Positions 40,117-49,263 of a stretch of 64,000 nucleotides of DNA are shown here, in pieces. The first letter of the stretch is position 1; every line of letters begins with the position of its first letter. Both the position numbers and the translations under genes were made by a program. Origin of the DNA: an uncultured Actinomycetota bacterium (GTDB lineage: Bacteria > Actinomycetota > Actinomycetes > JACCUZ01); the NCBI GenBank assembly GCA_963789855.1, contig CAWBMM010000007.1, positions 70,842 through 134,841 of the forward strand. The letters run 5' to 3'. The notes under the pieces were generated by a model, which ran no database searches, was not told where the DNA came from, and saw only the letters and a program-made list of their open reading frames with translations.

Positions 40117-40289
40117 GCCGCCAGCGTGCCGCGCCGGAGGTGCCGGCGCGGATCCTCCGTTCCGGATGAGGCCGCGGGCGTCTCGTCCGTTCCGGGTGAC
40201 GCGACCGGGGCGCCCGGCCGGGCATCGTGGCCGTGGTGCACGGACCGACGACCGGCCCGGCGAGGCTCTCGAGAGGGAAGGGGCTGTCG

Positions 40290-40733
40290 ATGACCGACGA
40301 GCTCGAAGAGATGGGTCCGATCGACTACATCGTGGTGGAGTTCCCCGGCAACAAGATGAACGGCGAGGCCTTCCCGCTGCTCGTCGACCTGGTCGACCGC
40401 GGCCTGATCCGCATCATCGACCTCGCGTTCGTCCGCAAGGAGCTCGACGGCTCGATCACCGGCCTGGCGATCGCCGACCTCGACGGCGACGGCTTGCTCG
40501 ACCTGGCCGTGTTCGAGGGCGCCTCTTCCGGCCTGCTGGGTCAGGACGACCTGGACGAGGCGGGCACCGCGCTCGAGCCGGGGTCGGCGGCGGGTGTGCT
40601 CGTCTTCGAGAACGTCTGGGCGGCACCGTTCGCCGCGGCCCTCCGGCGGTCCGGCGGCCAGCTGGTGGCCAGCGGCCGCATCCCGATCCAGGCCATGCTC
40701 GCTGCGCTGGACGCGGCCGAGCCGGTCGGCTGA
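40290..40733 (+). CDS. DUF6325-like protein
   Basis: ATG 40290 after GAGAGGGAAGGGG. 'MGPIDYIVVEFPGNKMNGEAFPLLVDLVDRGLIRIIDLAFVRKELDGS...VLVFENVWAAPFAAALRRSGGQLVASGRIP'. Confidence 0.65.
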   Translation: MTDELEEMGPIDYIVVEFPGNKMNGEAFPLLVDLVDRGLIRIIDLAFVRKELDGSITGLAIADLDGDGLLDLAVFEGASSGLLGQDDLDEAGTALEPGSAAGVLVFENVWAAPFAAALRRSGGQLVASGRIPIQAMLAALDAAEPVG

Positions 40734-40778
40734 CCGACCGCCCACGAACGACAACCACCGAGACGAGAGAGGGACACG

Positions 40779-41108
40779 ATGCCGGGTCTGATCAGAGGGG
40801 TAGCGAGGACCGCAGCGGTCGTCGGTACCGCGACCGCGGTCTCCGGCGGCGTACGCCGTCGGCAGGAGAACCGCTGGGCCGCGAAGGACCAGCAGCAGTA
40901 CGCCGACCAGCAGCCGCAGCAGCAGTACGCCGAGCCGGCGCCGCAGTACGCGCCGCCACCGCCGCCACCGCCGCCGCCCGCCGAGCCGGCCGGGAGCGAC
41001 ATGGATGCGAAGCTGGCCCAGCTCAAGCAGCTCGGCGAGCTCAAGGACGCCGGGGTGCTCAGCGAGGTCGAGTTCGAGGTGCAGAAGAACAAGATCCTCA
41101 CCTCCTGA
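40779..41108 (+). CDS. SHOCT-domain protein with Gln/Pro-rich linker
   Basis: 109 aa. Basic N-terminus, 'QQQYADQQPQQQYAEPAPQYAPPPPPPPPPAEP', C-terminal 'LAQLKQLGELKDAGVLSEVEFEVQKNKIL' (SHOCT motif). Confidence 0.7.
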   Translation: MPGLIRGVARTAAVVGTATAVSGGVRRRQENRWAAKDQQQYADQQPQQQYAEPAPQYAPPPPPPPPPAEPAGSDMDAKLAQLKQLGELKDAGVLSEVEFEVQKNKILTS

Positions 41109-41175
41109 CCGACCGATCGTACCGGCGCTCGCCCGGGTGCGCCGGGGTCCTCCGACCTGGGAAGTGACTGCCACC

Positions 41176-43195
41176 ATGGCCGTACACCTGATGCCTGCAC
41201 CCGCGTCTCCGGACACCGGGGTGAACGTCGGGCTGCTGTTCGCTTCGGCGATGGTGCCGGGGACGTTCGCGCGGTCGCTGTCGGCGCGGACCCCGATGGA
41301 CCAGGGGATCGCGACCGGGTTGTCGGTCGGTCTGCACTACCTGCTGGCGGTCGCCACCCAGGACACCATCCAGGCGGTGGCCGCGGAGCTGGTGCGCCAT
41401 CGGGAGAACCCGCGGATCACCGACCCGGCCGTGCGGGCGCGGGCGTGGACGCTGGCGGCTGACCTGGCCGCGGTGCCGTTGGGTCTGGCGTTGCAGGGTG
41501 CGGTGAGCCGGGCGCCGAGCGAGGCGATGGCGCGGGGTGCGCTGCGGCAGGCCGGGTGGCGGCTCGGGGCGACCGGGGTGGCCGGCTCGTTGCTGATCGG
41601 CAGCCAGACGGTGCTGCGGCTGGTGGACGCCCGGCTGGGCGGGCGCGGCCGGATCTCCCGGTTCCCGGTGGCGGTGCCGGTCGGGCTCGCGGTGGCGGTG
41701 GTCCTGGAACGTCGTCGGCTGGCGGACCTGGAGGGCACCGAGGAGGAGCCGGCCGAGCCGGGTCCGGCCGCGGCGCGGTCGTTGGCGATCGCGGGCGGGG
41801 TCGTCGGCGGGCTGGCCGTGGCGGCCTACGCCGAGCACGCCGCGGCGGCCGGGACCGGTCGGTCGCTGGCCCGGGTGCTGCCGGGCGGCCCGCAGCTGTG
41901 GAAGCTGGCCGGGCACGCCGCGTCGCTGGGCCTGCTGACCGCGGCGGGGTTGAAGGTGTGGCAACGGGCGATGGGCAAGATCGAGACCGGCGCGTCCGCT
42001 GACGACCCGGTGCTGGAGTCCGACGAGGCGGTCCGCTACACCGGTCCCTCCGTCAGTGGCAGCCCGGACAGCCTGGTGCCGTGGGCGACGCTGGGCCGGG
42101 AGGGCCACCGGCACGTGCTGGCCTACGTCCGACCGGAGACGCTGCCGGACCGGCCGCCGGGGGCGCCGGACCTGAGCATCTCCACCGTGATGGGCCAGCC
42201 CGCGAAGCAGACCCCGGCGCACGTGTACGTCAGCCTGGACGCCGCGCCGACCGCGCGGGAGCGGGTCGAGCTGGCCGTGGCCGAGATGGAGCGGGTCGGC
42301 GCGTTCGACCGGTCGCTGATCATGCTGGTGTCGCCGACCGGGTCGGGGTACGTCAACTACGTGGCCACCGCCGCGGCGTCCTACCTCACCCTGGGTGACG
42401 TGGCGGTCGGTGACGCTGCAGTACTCCAAGCGGCCCTCGCCGCTGTCGCTGGGCAAGGTGAAGGGTTCCCGGGAGCAGAACCGGCTGCTCTGGCTGACGA
42501 TCCTGAAGCGGCTGCACGACAAGCCCGGGCCGCGGCCGCGGGTGGTGGTGTTCGGGGAGAGCCTCGGCGCGTACACCAGCCAGGACGCGTTCCTGCACTG
42601 GGGGACGATGGGACCGGAGGCGCTCGGCATCGACCGGGCGCTCTGGATCGGTACCCCGGACCTCAGTGGCTGGATGAAGGAGGTCACCGGGCCCGACCGG
42701 CTCGACGTCGACAAGGACGCGGTCGCGGTGGTCAACGACTTCGGTCAGATCGAGGACCTCGGCCCGGAGCGCCGCGCGAAGCTGCGCTACGTCCTGGTCA
42801 GCCACGACAACGACGGGGTCACCAAGTTCGGTCCGGAGCTGCTCACCACCCCGCCCCCGTGGCTCGGACCCGACCGCCCGCAGCCCGAGGAGGTCCCCGG
42901 GGCCAGCCCGCGGGGCATCCCGCCCAGCATGCGCTGGCGGCCGATCACGACGTTCTTCCAGAGCCTGATCGACATGAAGAACGCCCAGATCCCCGGCGCC
43001 TTCCGGGCCTGGGCGCACGACTACCGCCCCGACCTGGCGCGGTTCATCAGCGAGGTCTACGACCTGCCGGCGACCCCGGAGCAGCTGGCCGCGGTCGAGG
43101 CCGCCGTCGAGGCTCGCGAGGCCTACCGGGAGAAGCTGTTCACGCCGGCTCCGAAGGATGCGGCGGCGCCGGACGGTGCTGCGGCCGGGAGCTGA
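41176..43195 (+). pseudogene. membrane alpha/beta-hydrolase (Abhydrolase_9-like), one frame break near 42408
   Basis: ATG 41176. Multi-TM N-terminal half '...SYLTLGDVAV', then, one base displaced, 'VTLQYSKRPSPLSLGKVKGSREQNRLLWL...VVVFGESLGAYTSQ...YVLVSHDNDGVTKFG...FRAWAHDYRPD'. Confidence 0.7.
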
Positions 43196-43836
43196 TCGCC
43201 CAGACCCGCGCCGACGCCAGCACCCCGAGACCGTTGGTGGCCCAGTGCAGGCCCATCGGGGCGAGCACGCTGCCGCTGCGGCGACGCAGCTCGGCGAAGA
43301 TCACGCCGGCCAGAGTCGTGAAGACGACGGTTCCCACCACGGCGAGCAGCACCCGGGAGCCGGCGGGGTCGCCGTCCCCGGCGACGGCGGTGTTGGTGCG
43401 GGTCAGCTTCAGGGCCGGCAGCACGTGCCAGAGCCCGAACAGGGCGGCGGACGTCGTGGTCGCGAGCGGTCACACCTGACTGCGCGACGAGCAGCCCCCA
43501 CAGCACGCTGCGGAAGGCGATCTCCTCGAAGACCACGGTCGCGAGCGGGATCGTGACGAGGGACATGAACAGCGCTGCGCCCGGGCCCACCTGGTAGCGG
43601 GTGTCCCGGAACGCGCCGCGGGTGGCCGGCAGGGCCACCGCCACCAGGTAGACCAGCGCGACGGCCCCGGCCGCCACCGCGCCGTAGACGACCCCGCGCA
43701 CCACGAAGTGCCGCCCCAGGCCGAGCTGGGTCCAGCTGAGCCCGGCCAGCCGGGCCACCAGCAGCAGGGCTGCCGCGGCGAGCGGGCCGGTGATCGGGTG
43801 CACCCGGGACGGGCCGACGTGGACCCAGACGTTCAT
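43140..43836 (-). pseudogene. CPBP-family intramembrane glutamic protease, one frame break near 43472
   Basis: '...TVVFEEIAFRSVLWGLLVAQSGV', then, displaced, 'PLATTTSAALFGLWHVLPAL...FAELRRRSGSVLAPMGLHWATNG'. The 3' end overlaps the convergent hydrolase gene by about 56 nt. Confidence 0.7.
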
Positions 43837-43918
43837 CCCGAGCCATCGCCACGAGGACGACGACCAGGGCGGCGCCCGTGGTCATCTGCACCGGGCGCCG
43901 CGGCGAGGCCAGCTCACA

Positions 43919-44302
43919 TCAGAACTGGCGGCCGTGCTGCTCCTGCACTCGGCCGGGCTTGCGTCGAGGGGGGGCGTCGACCTGCTGCGCCTTGAGGTGG
44001 TCGTACTCCTGGTCGGTGAGCTTGCCGCGGTCGTGCAGGTCGGCCAGCTTCTGCAGCTCGTCGCCCGCGGTGGTCTCGCCGCTGGCGATGTCGTTCTGCT
44101 GCTTGGTGGTGCCCGGCGGCCTGATCACCAGGTAGACCAGCGCGCCGACGATCGGCAGGAAGATGAAGGCGATCAGCCAGAGCAGCTTGAAGCCGACGCT
44201 GGCGTCGTGGCGCCGGATGACGTCCCAGACCGCGTACCCGAACAAGATGATCACCGGGATGGTGAAGCACAGCAGCAGGACCACTTGCCAGAACCACGGC
44301 AT
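43919..44302 (-). CDS. small membrane protein with PLDc_N-type N-terminus and C-terminal SHOCT motif (copy 2)
   Basis: 127 aa. 'FKLLWLIAFIFLPIVGALVYLVIRP' and 'LQKLADLHDRGKLTDQEYDHLKAQ'. Confidence 0.8.
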   Translation of the reverse strand: MPWFWQVVLLLCFTIPVIILFGYAVWDVIRRHDASVGFKLLWLIAFIFLPIVGALVYLVIRPPGTTKQQNDIASGETTAGDELQKLADLHDRGKLTDQEYDHLKAQQVDAPPRRKPGRVQEQHGRQF

Positions 44303-44444
44303 GGTGCGCTCCTCGACAGGTCAGGCATCTCGTCCGCACGGACGACACCACTATCGACCCTGCCGGGCTTCCGTGCACAGGTCATCACCCCAGTCGGGTG
44401 AGTAAGTACCGGGCCTGGGCAGCTCGAACCGGTCGGGCGCAGCC

Positions 44445-45944
44445 TCAGACGCCGGTCTGCACCTCGATCCGGCCCGACTCGGCGGCAGCCAGCAGCACCT
44501 CGTAGTCCTGCTCGTTCTGGTCGGCGTAGGACTCGGCGAACTCGGCCATCGAGAGGTCGAACGAGGTGCCGCTCCCGAGGTAGGCGGCGAGCGCGACCCG
44601 GTCACCGGACCGCGCGTGGGCCCGGGCCAGGGTCCAGCCGCAGATCTTCCCGAAGATCGACAGCGTCTCCAGCGTCGTCTTCTCGAGGTCGGCGGACATC
44701 TTCCAGTCCCACAGCTGGCGGACGTAGAAGTCCCGGGCGGTGCCGTCGATCGCCGGCCCGCGGCTCCAGCCGAGGAAGATGTCGGACGCCGCCTGCATCA
44801 ACCGCTGGCCTTCGACGACTCGCTGGCCCTCGTTGGGGTAGCGGCTCCTCCCGGCGTACGGCGCGAGCACCGACTCGCGCGCCTCCTTCAGCTGCAGCAC
44901 CAACGGGTCGCCGTCGTCGACACCTTGCAGCAGGACCACCCAGGCGCGGGTGCCGACGCTGCCGACACCCACCACCTTGCGTCCCAGGTCGACGAAGCGG
45001 TACTGCTCGAGCAGGGCGCGCCGGTCGCCCGGCAGGCTCCTGCTGTAGGTGCGGATGGCGGTCCGGATCGCCCTCTCGAACGGCGTCAGGTCGACGTCGC
45101 CGAGCAGCTCGCCGATCGGCACCAGGAGCGGAGGGTCGCTGCGGATGCGCAGCCGGCCGTCGACCCGCTCGGAGAGCCGGGCCTGGGCGCGCGCACTGTC
45201 CTTCGTCATCGCCTTCGCGACCCGGCGCTGGAAGGTGGCGACGGTCTCCGGGCTGACGTCGGCGCCCCAGCGCCGCGCCAGCTCGGCCCCGTTCATCCGC
45301 GAGTACCAGACGGAAAGGTTCGTCATGCCGGCGAACTCGCGCATCGCCGCGCGATATGCCCGGGCCGTCCCGAGGGTCAGCAGGCGGCGCTCGTCGAGGT
45401 TGAACCTCCGGTCCCGGCCCGCGATGGCGAAGCTGGTCACCAGCCGTTTGACGTCCCACTCCCACGGCCCGGGGAGGGTCTCGTCGAAGTCGTTGAGGTC
45501 GAACACCATCGTGCGGTCCGGCGCCGCGTAGCCACCGAAGTTCGTCAGGTGGGCATCGCCGCAGAGCTGCACCCGCAAGCCCGAGCTGGGCCGGCTGGCC
45601 AGGTCGGCGGCCATCACCGCGGCGCTGCCGCGGTAGTACGCCAGCGGGGACGCGAGCATCCGGCCGTGCCGGATGGCGAGCAGCTCTGGGACCCGGTCGC
45701 GCTCCTGCTGCAGCAGCACGTCGACCGGGTCGATCCGCCCGTCCGGGACGCTCCAGCCGCCCTGGCGTGAGCGGGACACGGTCACTCTCGCGGCCTTCCC
45801 CGCCGCAACGCGCTCGGCCCGAGTCTGCGGGGCTGCCGCGGCGGTACGGGAGCGTGCTGCCGCCCGGCGTCTCGGCGCCGGCGAGGCGGCCGGCTGCCGA
45901 GCCGCCGAGGACGGGGGACGGGAGCTGGCCAGCGGCTCAGTCAT
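44445..45944 (-). CDS. DUF2252 family protein (copy 2)
   Basis: ATG 45944. 499 aa, uninterrupted. Collinear with copy 1: 'PELLAIRHGRMLASPLAYYRGSAAVMAADL', 'LCGDAHLTNFG', 'NDFDETLPGPWEWDVKRL', 'ARAHARSGD', ending '...YADQNEQDYEVLLAAAESGRIEVQTGV'. This is the C-terminal part of the chimeric ORF 44445-46589. Confidence 0.85.
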   Translation of the reverse strand: MTEPLASSRPPSSAARQPAASPAPRRRAAARSRTAAAAPQTRAERVAAGKAARVTVSRSRQGGWSVPDGRIDPVDVLLQQERDRVPELLAIRHGRMLASPLAYYRGSAAVMAADLASRPSSGLRVQLCGDAHLTNFGGYAAPDRTMVFDLNDFDETLPGPWEWDVKRLVTSFAIAGRDRRFNLDERRLLTLGTARAYRAAMREFAGMTNLSVWYSRMNGAELARRWGADVSPETVATFQRRVAKAMTKDSARAQARLSERVDGRLRIRSDPPLLVPIGELLGDVDLTPFERAIRTAIRTYSRSLPGDRRALLEQYRFVDLGRKVVGVGSVGTRAWVVLLQGVDDGDPLVLQLKEARESVLAPYAGRSRYPNEGQRVVEGQRLMQAASDIFLGWSRGPAIDGTARDFYVRQLWDWKMSADLEKTTLETLSIFGKICGWTLARAHARSGDRVALAAYLGSGTSFDLSMAEFAESYADQNEQDYEVLLAAAESGRIEVQTGV

Positions 45945-46589
45945 CTGCTGCCTGTTCGTCGGTCGGCTGCGTCGGGAGGGTCGGCGTCGGTCGCAGCGCT
46001 GGTGCCGCGGCTGCCGTCCTGACCGAGCATGTGCCGGCGTTCCTGGACGACGCCGACCAGCACCTTGGCGAGCAGCCCGATCACGATCAGGTCGACGATC
46101 ATCTGGACCATCGCCATCGCCCGCATCGACTCGGAAACAGGGGCGATGTCCCCGAACCCGACGGTCGAGAAGACAGTGACGGTGAAGTAGACCGCATCGA
46201 GCTTCGTCAGCGCCTCGGTGAAGCTGCCCGGGTAGGCATGCTCGGCGCTGTAGTAGATCGCCGCGAACGGCAGCAGCAGCAGCGGCACGCTGATGGCCAC
46301 GGCTTGCAGGCCGCGCAGGGCCGGGAACTCGGCGCGTCCGCACACCTCGGATCTGGATGACGATCACGAGCGCGAGCAGGCCGAGCACGAGCACGAGCTC
46401 GAGGAGCATGTGCGAGTCCGGCCACCGCCCGAGCGGTGCCACGACGTACGCGGTGACGAGCAGGCCGGTGACCACCACCACCCGCACGACGACCAGGATC
46501 AAGGCCCGACGAGCGTGCCGCCGCACCTCGACGGGCCGCTGCCGCCAGCGGACGGGCGGCGCGCCGGGGTCGCGTTCGGCGGTCGCCAT
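45941..46589 (-). pseudogene. small K+ channel (Ion_trans_2-like), one frame break near 46346
   Basis: 'MATAERDPG...ALILVVVRVVVVTGLLVTAYVV...LLELVLVLGLLALVIVIQIR', then, displaced, 'VCGRAEFPALRGLQAVAISVPLLLLPFAAIYY...AVYFTVTVFSTVGFGDIAPV...'. Selectivity filter TVGFGD at about 46148-46165. The stop overlaps the DUF2252 ATG (ATGA 45941-45944). Confidence 0.75.
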
Positions 46590-46736
46590 GTCCCTCCTCC
46601 GGCGCGGCGCCGGCTGGCGGCGTGTCCGACCCCGGGCTGCTGTCCCGAGGCTAGGGTCGAGGGAAGCGGCGGCTCGTCCCCCACGGTGGGTGATTCACCG
46701 ACGGCGCCCCGGGTGACGGAAAGTGAGGCCCCAGGC

Positions 46737-47240
46737 ATGCCGGACCGTCCTGAGACCGTCGGGGAGGCCCCCTCGCCGCTGGACGCCCGCTTCACCTCCG
46801 ACGGCATCTACGGCGTCATCATCAGCGCGGCGGTGATGGCGTCGTGGCGCGACATCTCGATCGTCCGGCTGGCGGCGGGTGCCCTCGCCACCCTGCTCAT
46901 CTACTGGGCAGCGGAGCGGTACGCCCGGGTGATCGCGGCCCGGATCGCGGCCGAGCGTCGGCCGACCTGGGCGGAGTTCCGGGCCGAGCTTGCCGAGGGC
47001 TGGGAGATCGTCACCACGTCGTTCATCCCCCTGGTGGTGCTGCTGGTCGTGGCCGCGGTCGGCGTCGACGACTCCAACGCCGTGCTGGCGGCCCTCGTCG
47101 CGAGCACCGTGCTGCTCCTCCTCGCCGGCTGGGAGGTCGGACGTGGTGGCCGGCTCGGCCGGGCCGAACGGCTCGTCTCGGCGCTGGTGGCCGGCGCGTT
47201 CGGCTTCACGATGATCCTGCTGAAGACCAACCTGCACTGA
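46737..47240 (+). CDS. membrane protein, unknown function
   Basis: ATG 46737. 167 aa with 4 hydrophobic segments ('GIYGVIISAAVMASW', 'LAAGALATLLIYWAAE', 'FIPLVVLLVVAAVGV', 'VLAALVASTVLLLLAGW'). Confidence 0.55.
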   Translation: MPDRPETVGEAPSPLDARFTSDGIYGVIISAAVMASWRDISIVRLAAGALATLLIYWAAERYARVIAARIAAERRPTWAEFRAELAEGWEIVTTSFIPLVVLLVVAAVGVDDSNAVLAALVASTVLLLLAGWEVGRGGRLGRAERLVSALVAGAFGFTMILLKTNLH

Positions 47241-47247
47241 CGGCGGG

Positions 47248-47691
47248 TCAGGCCTCGAGGTACGCCTTCAAGCCGGTCACGTTGCTCTCGACCAGGCCGT
47301 TGATGACCCGGCGCCGGATGAAGCCCGGCAGCGGCAGGTTGTGGCTGATCGTCAGGTCGAAGGTGACGGTCGTGGCCGCTTTGCCGCCCTTGCCCGCCTT
47401 GTGCAGCGTGTACGCCGCGTCCTGCCCGGTCTGCAGCCGCCCTTGGACGAGGGACCAGCTCATCCCGTCGTCGCGGTGGGTGAAGGCGAGCGTGTACTCG
47501 TCCTTGCCCACCGGCGCCGATGCCGTGAAGTGCGCGGTGGCCGGCGTACCGTCGTCGTTCTTCTCGAGCACGTCGACGGTCAGCACCTCCTTCACCCACT
47601 CCGGCTGCGTCTGCACGTCCCTGATGACCGCGAGGACGCGGTCGAGCGGTGCGTGCACCTCGAGGGTCTGGCTCGCGGTGTCGGTGGGCAT
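47248..47691 (-). CDS. SRPBCC (cyclase/dehydrase-like) family protein
   Basis: 147 aa. 'LEVHAPLDRVLAVIRDVQTQPEWVKEV' and the beta-rich remainder are typical of SRPBCC ligand-binding proteins. Confidence 0.7.
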   Translation of the reverse strand: MPTDTASQTLEVHAPLDRVLAVIRDVQTQPEWVKEVLTVDVLEKNDDGTPATAHFTASAPVGKDEYTLAFTHRDDGMSWSLVQGRLQTGQDAAYTLHKAGKGGKAATTVTFDLTISHNLPLPGFIRRRVINGLVESNVTGLKAYLEA

Positions 47692-47703
47692 GCGGGGCTC
47701 CTC

Positions 47704-49071
47704 TCAGACGGCCTTGGCCAGCCGGAGGAGCTCGTCGAGCTCCTCGTCGAACGCGGCCAGCAGCTTCTCGGGGTCGGGCACGACTGTCGCGTCGACCTTG
47801 AAGCCGACGCGCACCGACCGGTTGTAGCTGAAGATGCAGACCCCGACCGTCTGTCGACCGGAGCCGGGGACCCAACCGAGCACGCCGGCAACCCGACTGC
47901 CGGCGATGAACCTGTCCTTGACCGGCCCCATGACGTTGGTCGTCACGCCGATCGCCTTGCTGGAGAAGAAGTCGACAGCGAGGCGCTCGATGCGTGGATG
48001 CGTGAGGCCGATCGCGTTGATGAGCCCGAAGGTGATCGTCGCTTCGGGAGAGGACTTGATCGCGTCCATCCGCCGCTTGGTCTCGGTGAGGCGGGCCAGC
48101 GGCGCGCGGACACCGCTCGGCATCGGCAGCAGCACCAGCGCGAAGCGGTTGCCGAGGTTGCGCGGCAGCGGCTCGCCGGGCGTACGCAGGTTGACCGGCA
48201 CCATCGTGGTGAGGTCGGTGGCTTCGCAGCCGTGGTCGACGAGGTAGGCGCCCAGCGCGCCGGACACGGCGCCCACCAGGACGTCGTTGACGGTGCCGCC
48301 CGCCAGCCGGCCGATCTGCCGAACGTCGGAGACGTCCCGAGGCGCCGACCACACCGCGCGCTTCTCCGGGCCAGGATGACCGCTGAACGTGGTGCGCGGG
48401 TTCGAGCGCAGCAGCAGCTTGTCGGCGACCAGCCCGGTCTGCTGCGCGAGCGTGGCGGCGTCGGCGACCACCGACGGGTGCATCAGTCGCGGCACGCCCG
48501 ACAGGGCGCGGACGGCGCCACGCACCGCGGGCACGGCCAGCCCCGGGACGCCGGGGAGGAAGCCCCCGCGGTCGGCCGGGACTGCCAGGTCGCTCCCGAC
48601 ATCGAGTTCTTCGAGGTCGGCGGTGGACGTCGGGTCGGTCAACGACAGGAGCACCTCGGCCAGCGCCATGCCGTCGGCGAGCGCGTGGTGGAAACGCGAG
48701 ACAACGGCCGAGCCGCGTCCCCGGTAGCCGTCGACGAGGTGGAACTCCCAGAGCGGGTGGGCCCGGTCCAGCGGCTTCTGCATCTGTGCCTCGACGTAGG
48801 TCTGCAGGCACTCCTCGTCGGCCGGCTCCGGCAGCCTGACGCGGTGCAGATGCCGCGACAGGGTGAATTCCGGGTCGTCCTCCCACTGCGGCGCGCCGAG
48901 TCCGCCCAGAGACTCGACCGGTCGCTGGCGGAACACCGGGTAGCGCGCCAGCAGCCGCCGCTCCAGAATCGTCTCGAGCCGGTCCCAGTCGACCGGCTCG
49001 TCGAACCACATCACCGAGTCGATGACCATCAGGTTGTTCGGCCGGTCCATGTTGAGCCACATGGTGTCCAC
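47704..49071 (-). CDS. WS/DGAT wax-ester synthase / diacylglycerol acyltransferase
   Basis: 'VDTMWLNMDRPNNLMVI', catalytic 'RFHHALADGMAL', 'NDVLVGAVSGAL', 'GNRFALVLLPMP', 'TNVMGPV'. Start GTG 49071 or ATG 62 codons... specifically ATG 49062. The remaining upstream part of ORF 47704-50751 is antisense to other genes and discounted. Confidence 0.85.
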   Translation of the reverse strand: MDTMWLNMDRPNNLMVIDSVMWFDEPVDWDRLETILERRLLARYPVFRQRPVESLGGLGAPQWEDDPEFTLSRHLHRVRLPEPADEECLQTYVEAQMQKPLDRAHPLWEFHLVDGYRGRGSAVVSRFHHALADGMALAEVLLSLTDPTSTADLEELDVGSDLAVPADRGGFLPGVPGLAVPAVRGAVRALSGVPRLMHPSVVADAATLAQQTGLVADKLLLRSNPRTTFSGHPGPEKRAVWSAPRDVSDVRQIGRLAGGTVNDVLVGAVSGALGAYLVDHGCEATDLTTMVPVNLRTPGEPLPRNLGNRFALVLLPMPSGVRAPLARLTETKRRMDAIKSSPEATITFGLINAIGLTHPRIERLAVDFFSSKAIGVTTNVMGPVKDRFIAGSRVAGVLGWVPGSGRQTVGVCIFSYNRSVRVGFKVDATVVPDPEKLLAAFDEELDELLRLAKAV

Positions 49072-49263
49072 TGCGCCGACAGGGCGTCTTCCGGTCACCA
49101 CCACCACCCACGCTTTCGCCGCCGGCCCCGTTTCTCGAAGAGTTGCAGCGCTGCCAGCAGCCCGCCCAGGGTCGGAGGTCCCGGACCTGCCGACCGCCCG
49201 TCCTCGTCCGGCGGGGACTAGGTCCGCTGCGCCGAGGGGCTCCGGTCCGGTAGAACGGCGGGT

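Noticed and set aside
44445-46589. 714-aa ORF suggesting a channel-DUF2252 fusion protein.
   Set aside because: The middle section is off-frame Arg-rich sequence. The channel reads to its own stop at 45941 in another frame, and DUF2252 has its own ATG at 45944.
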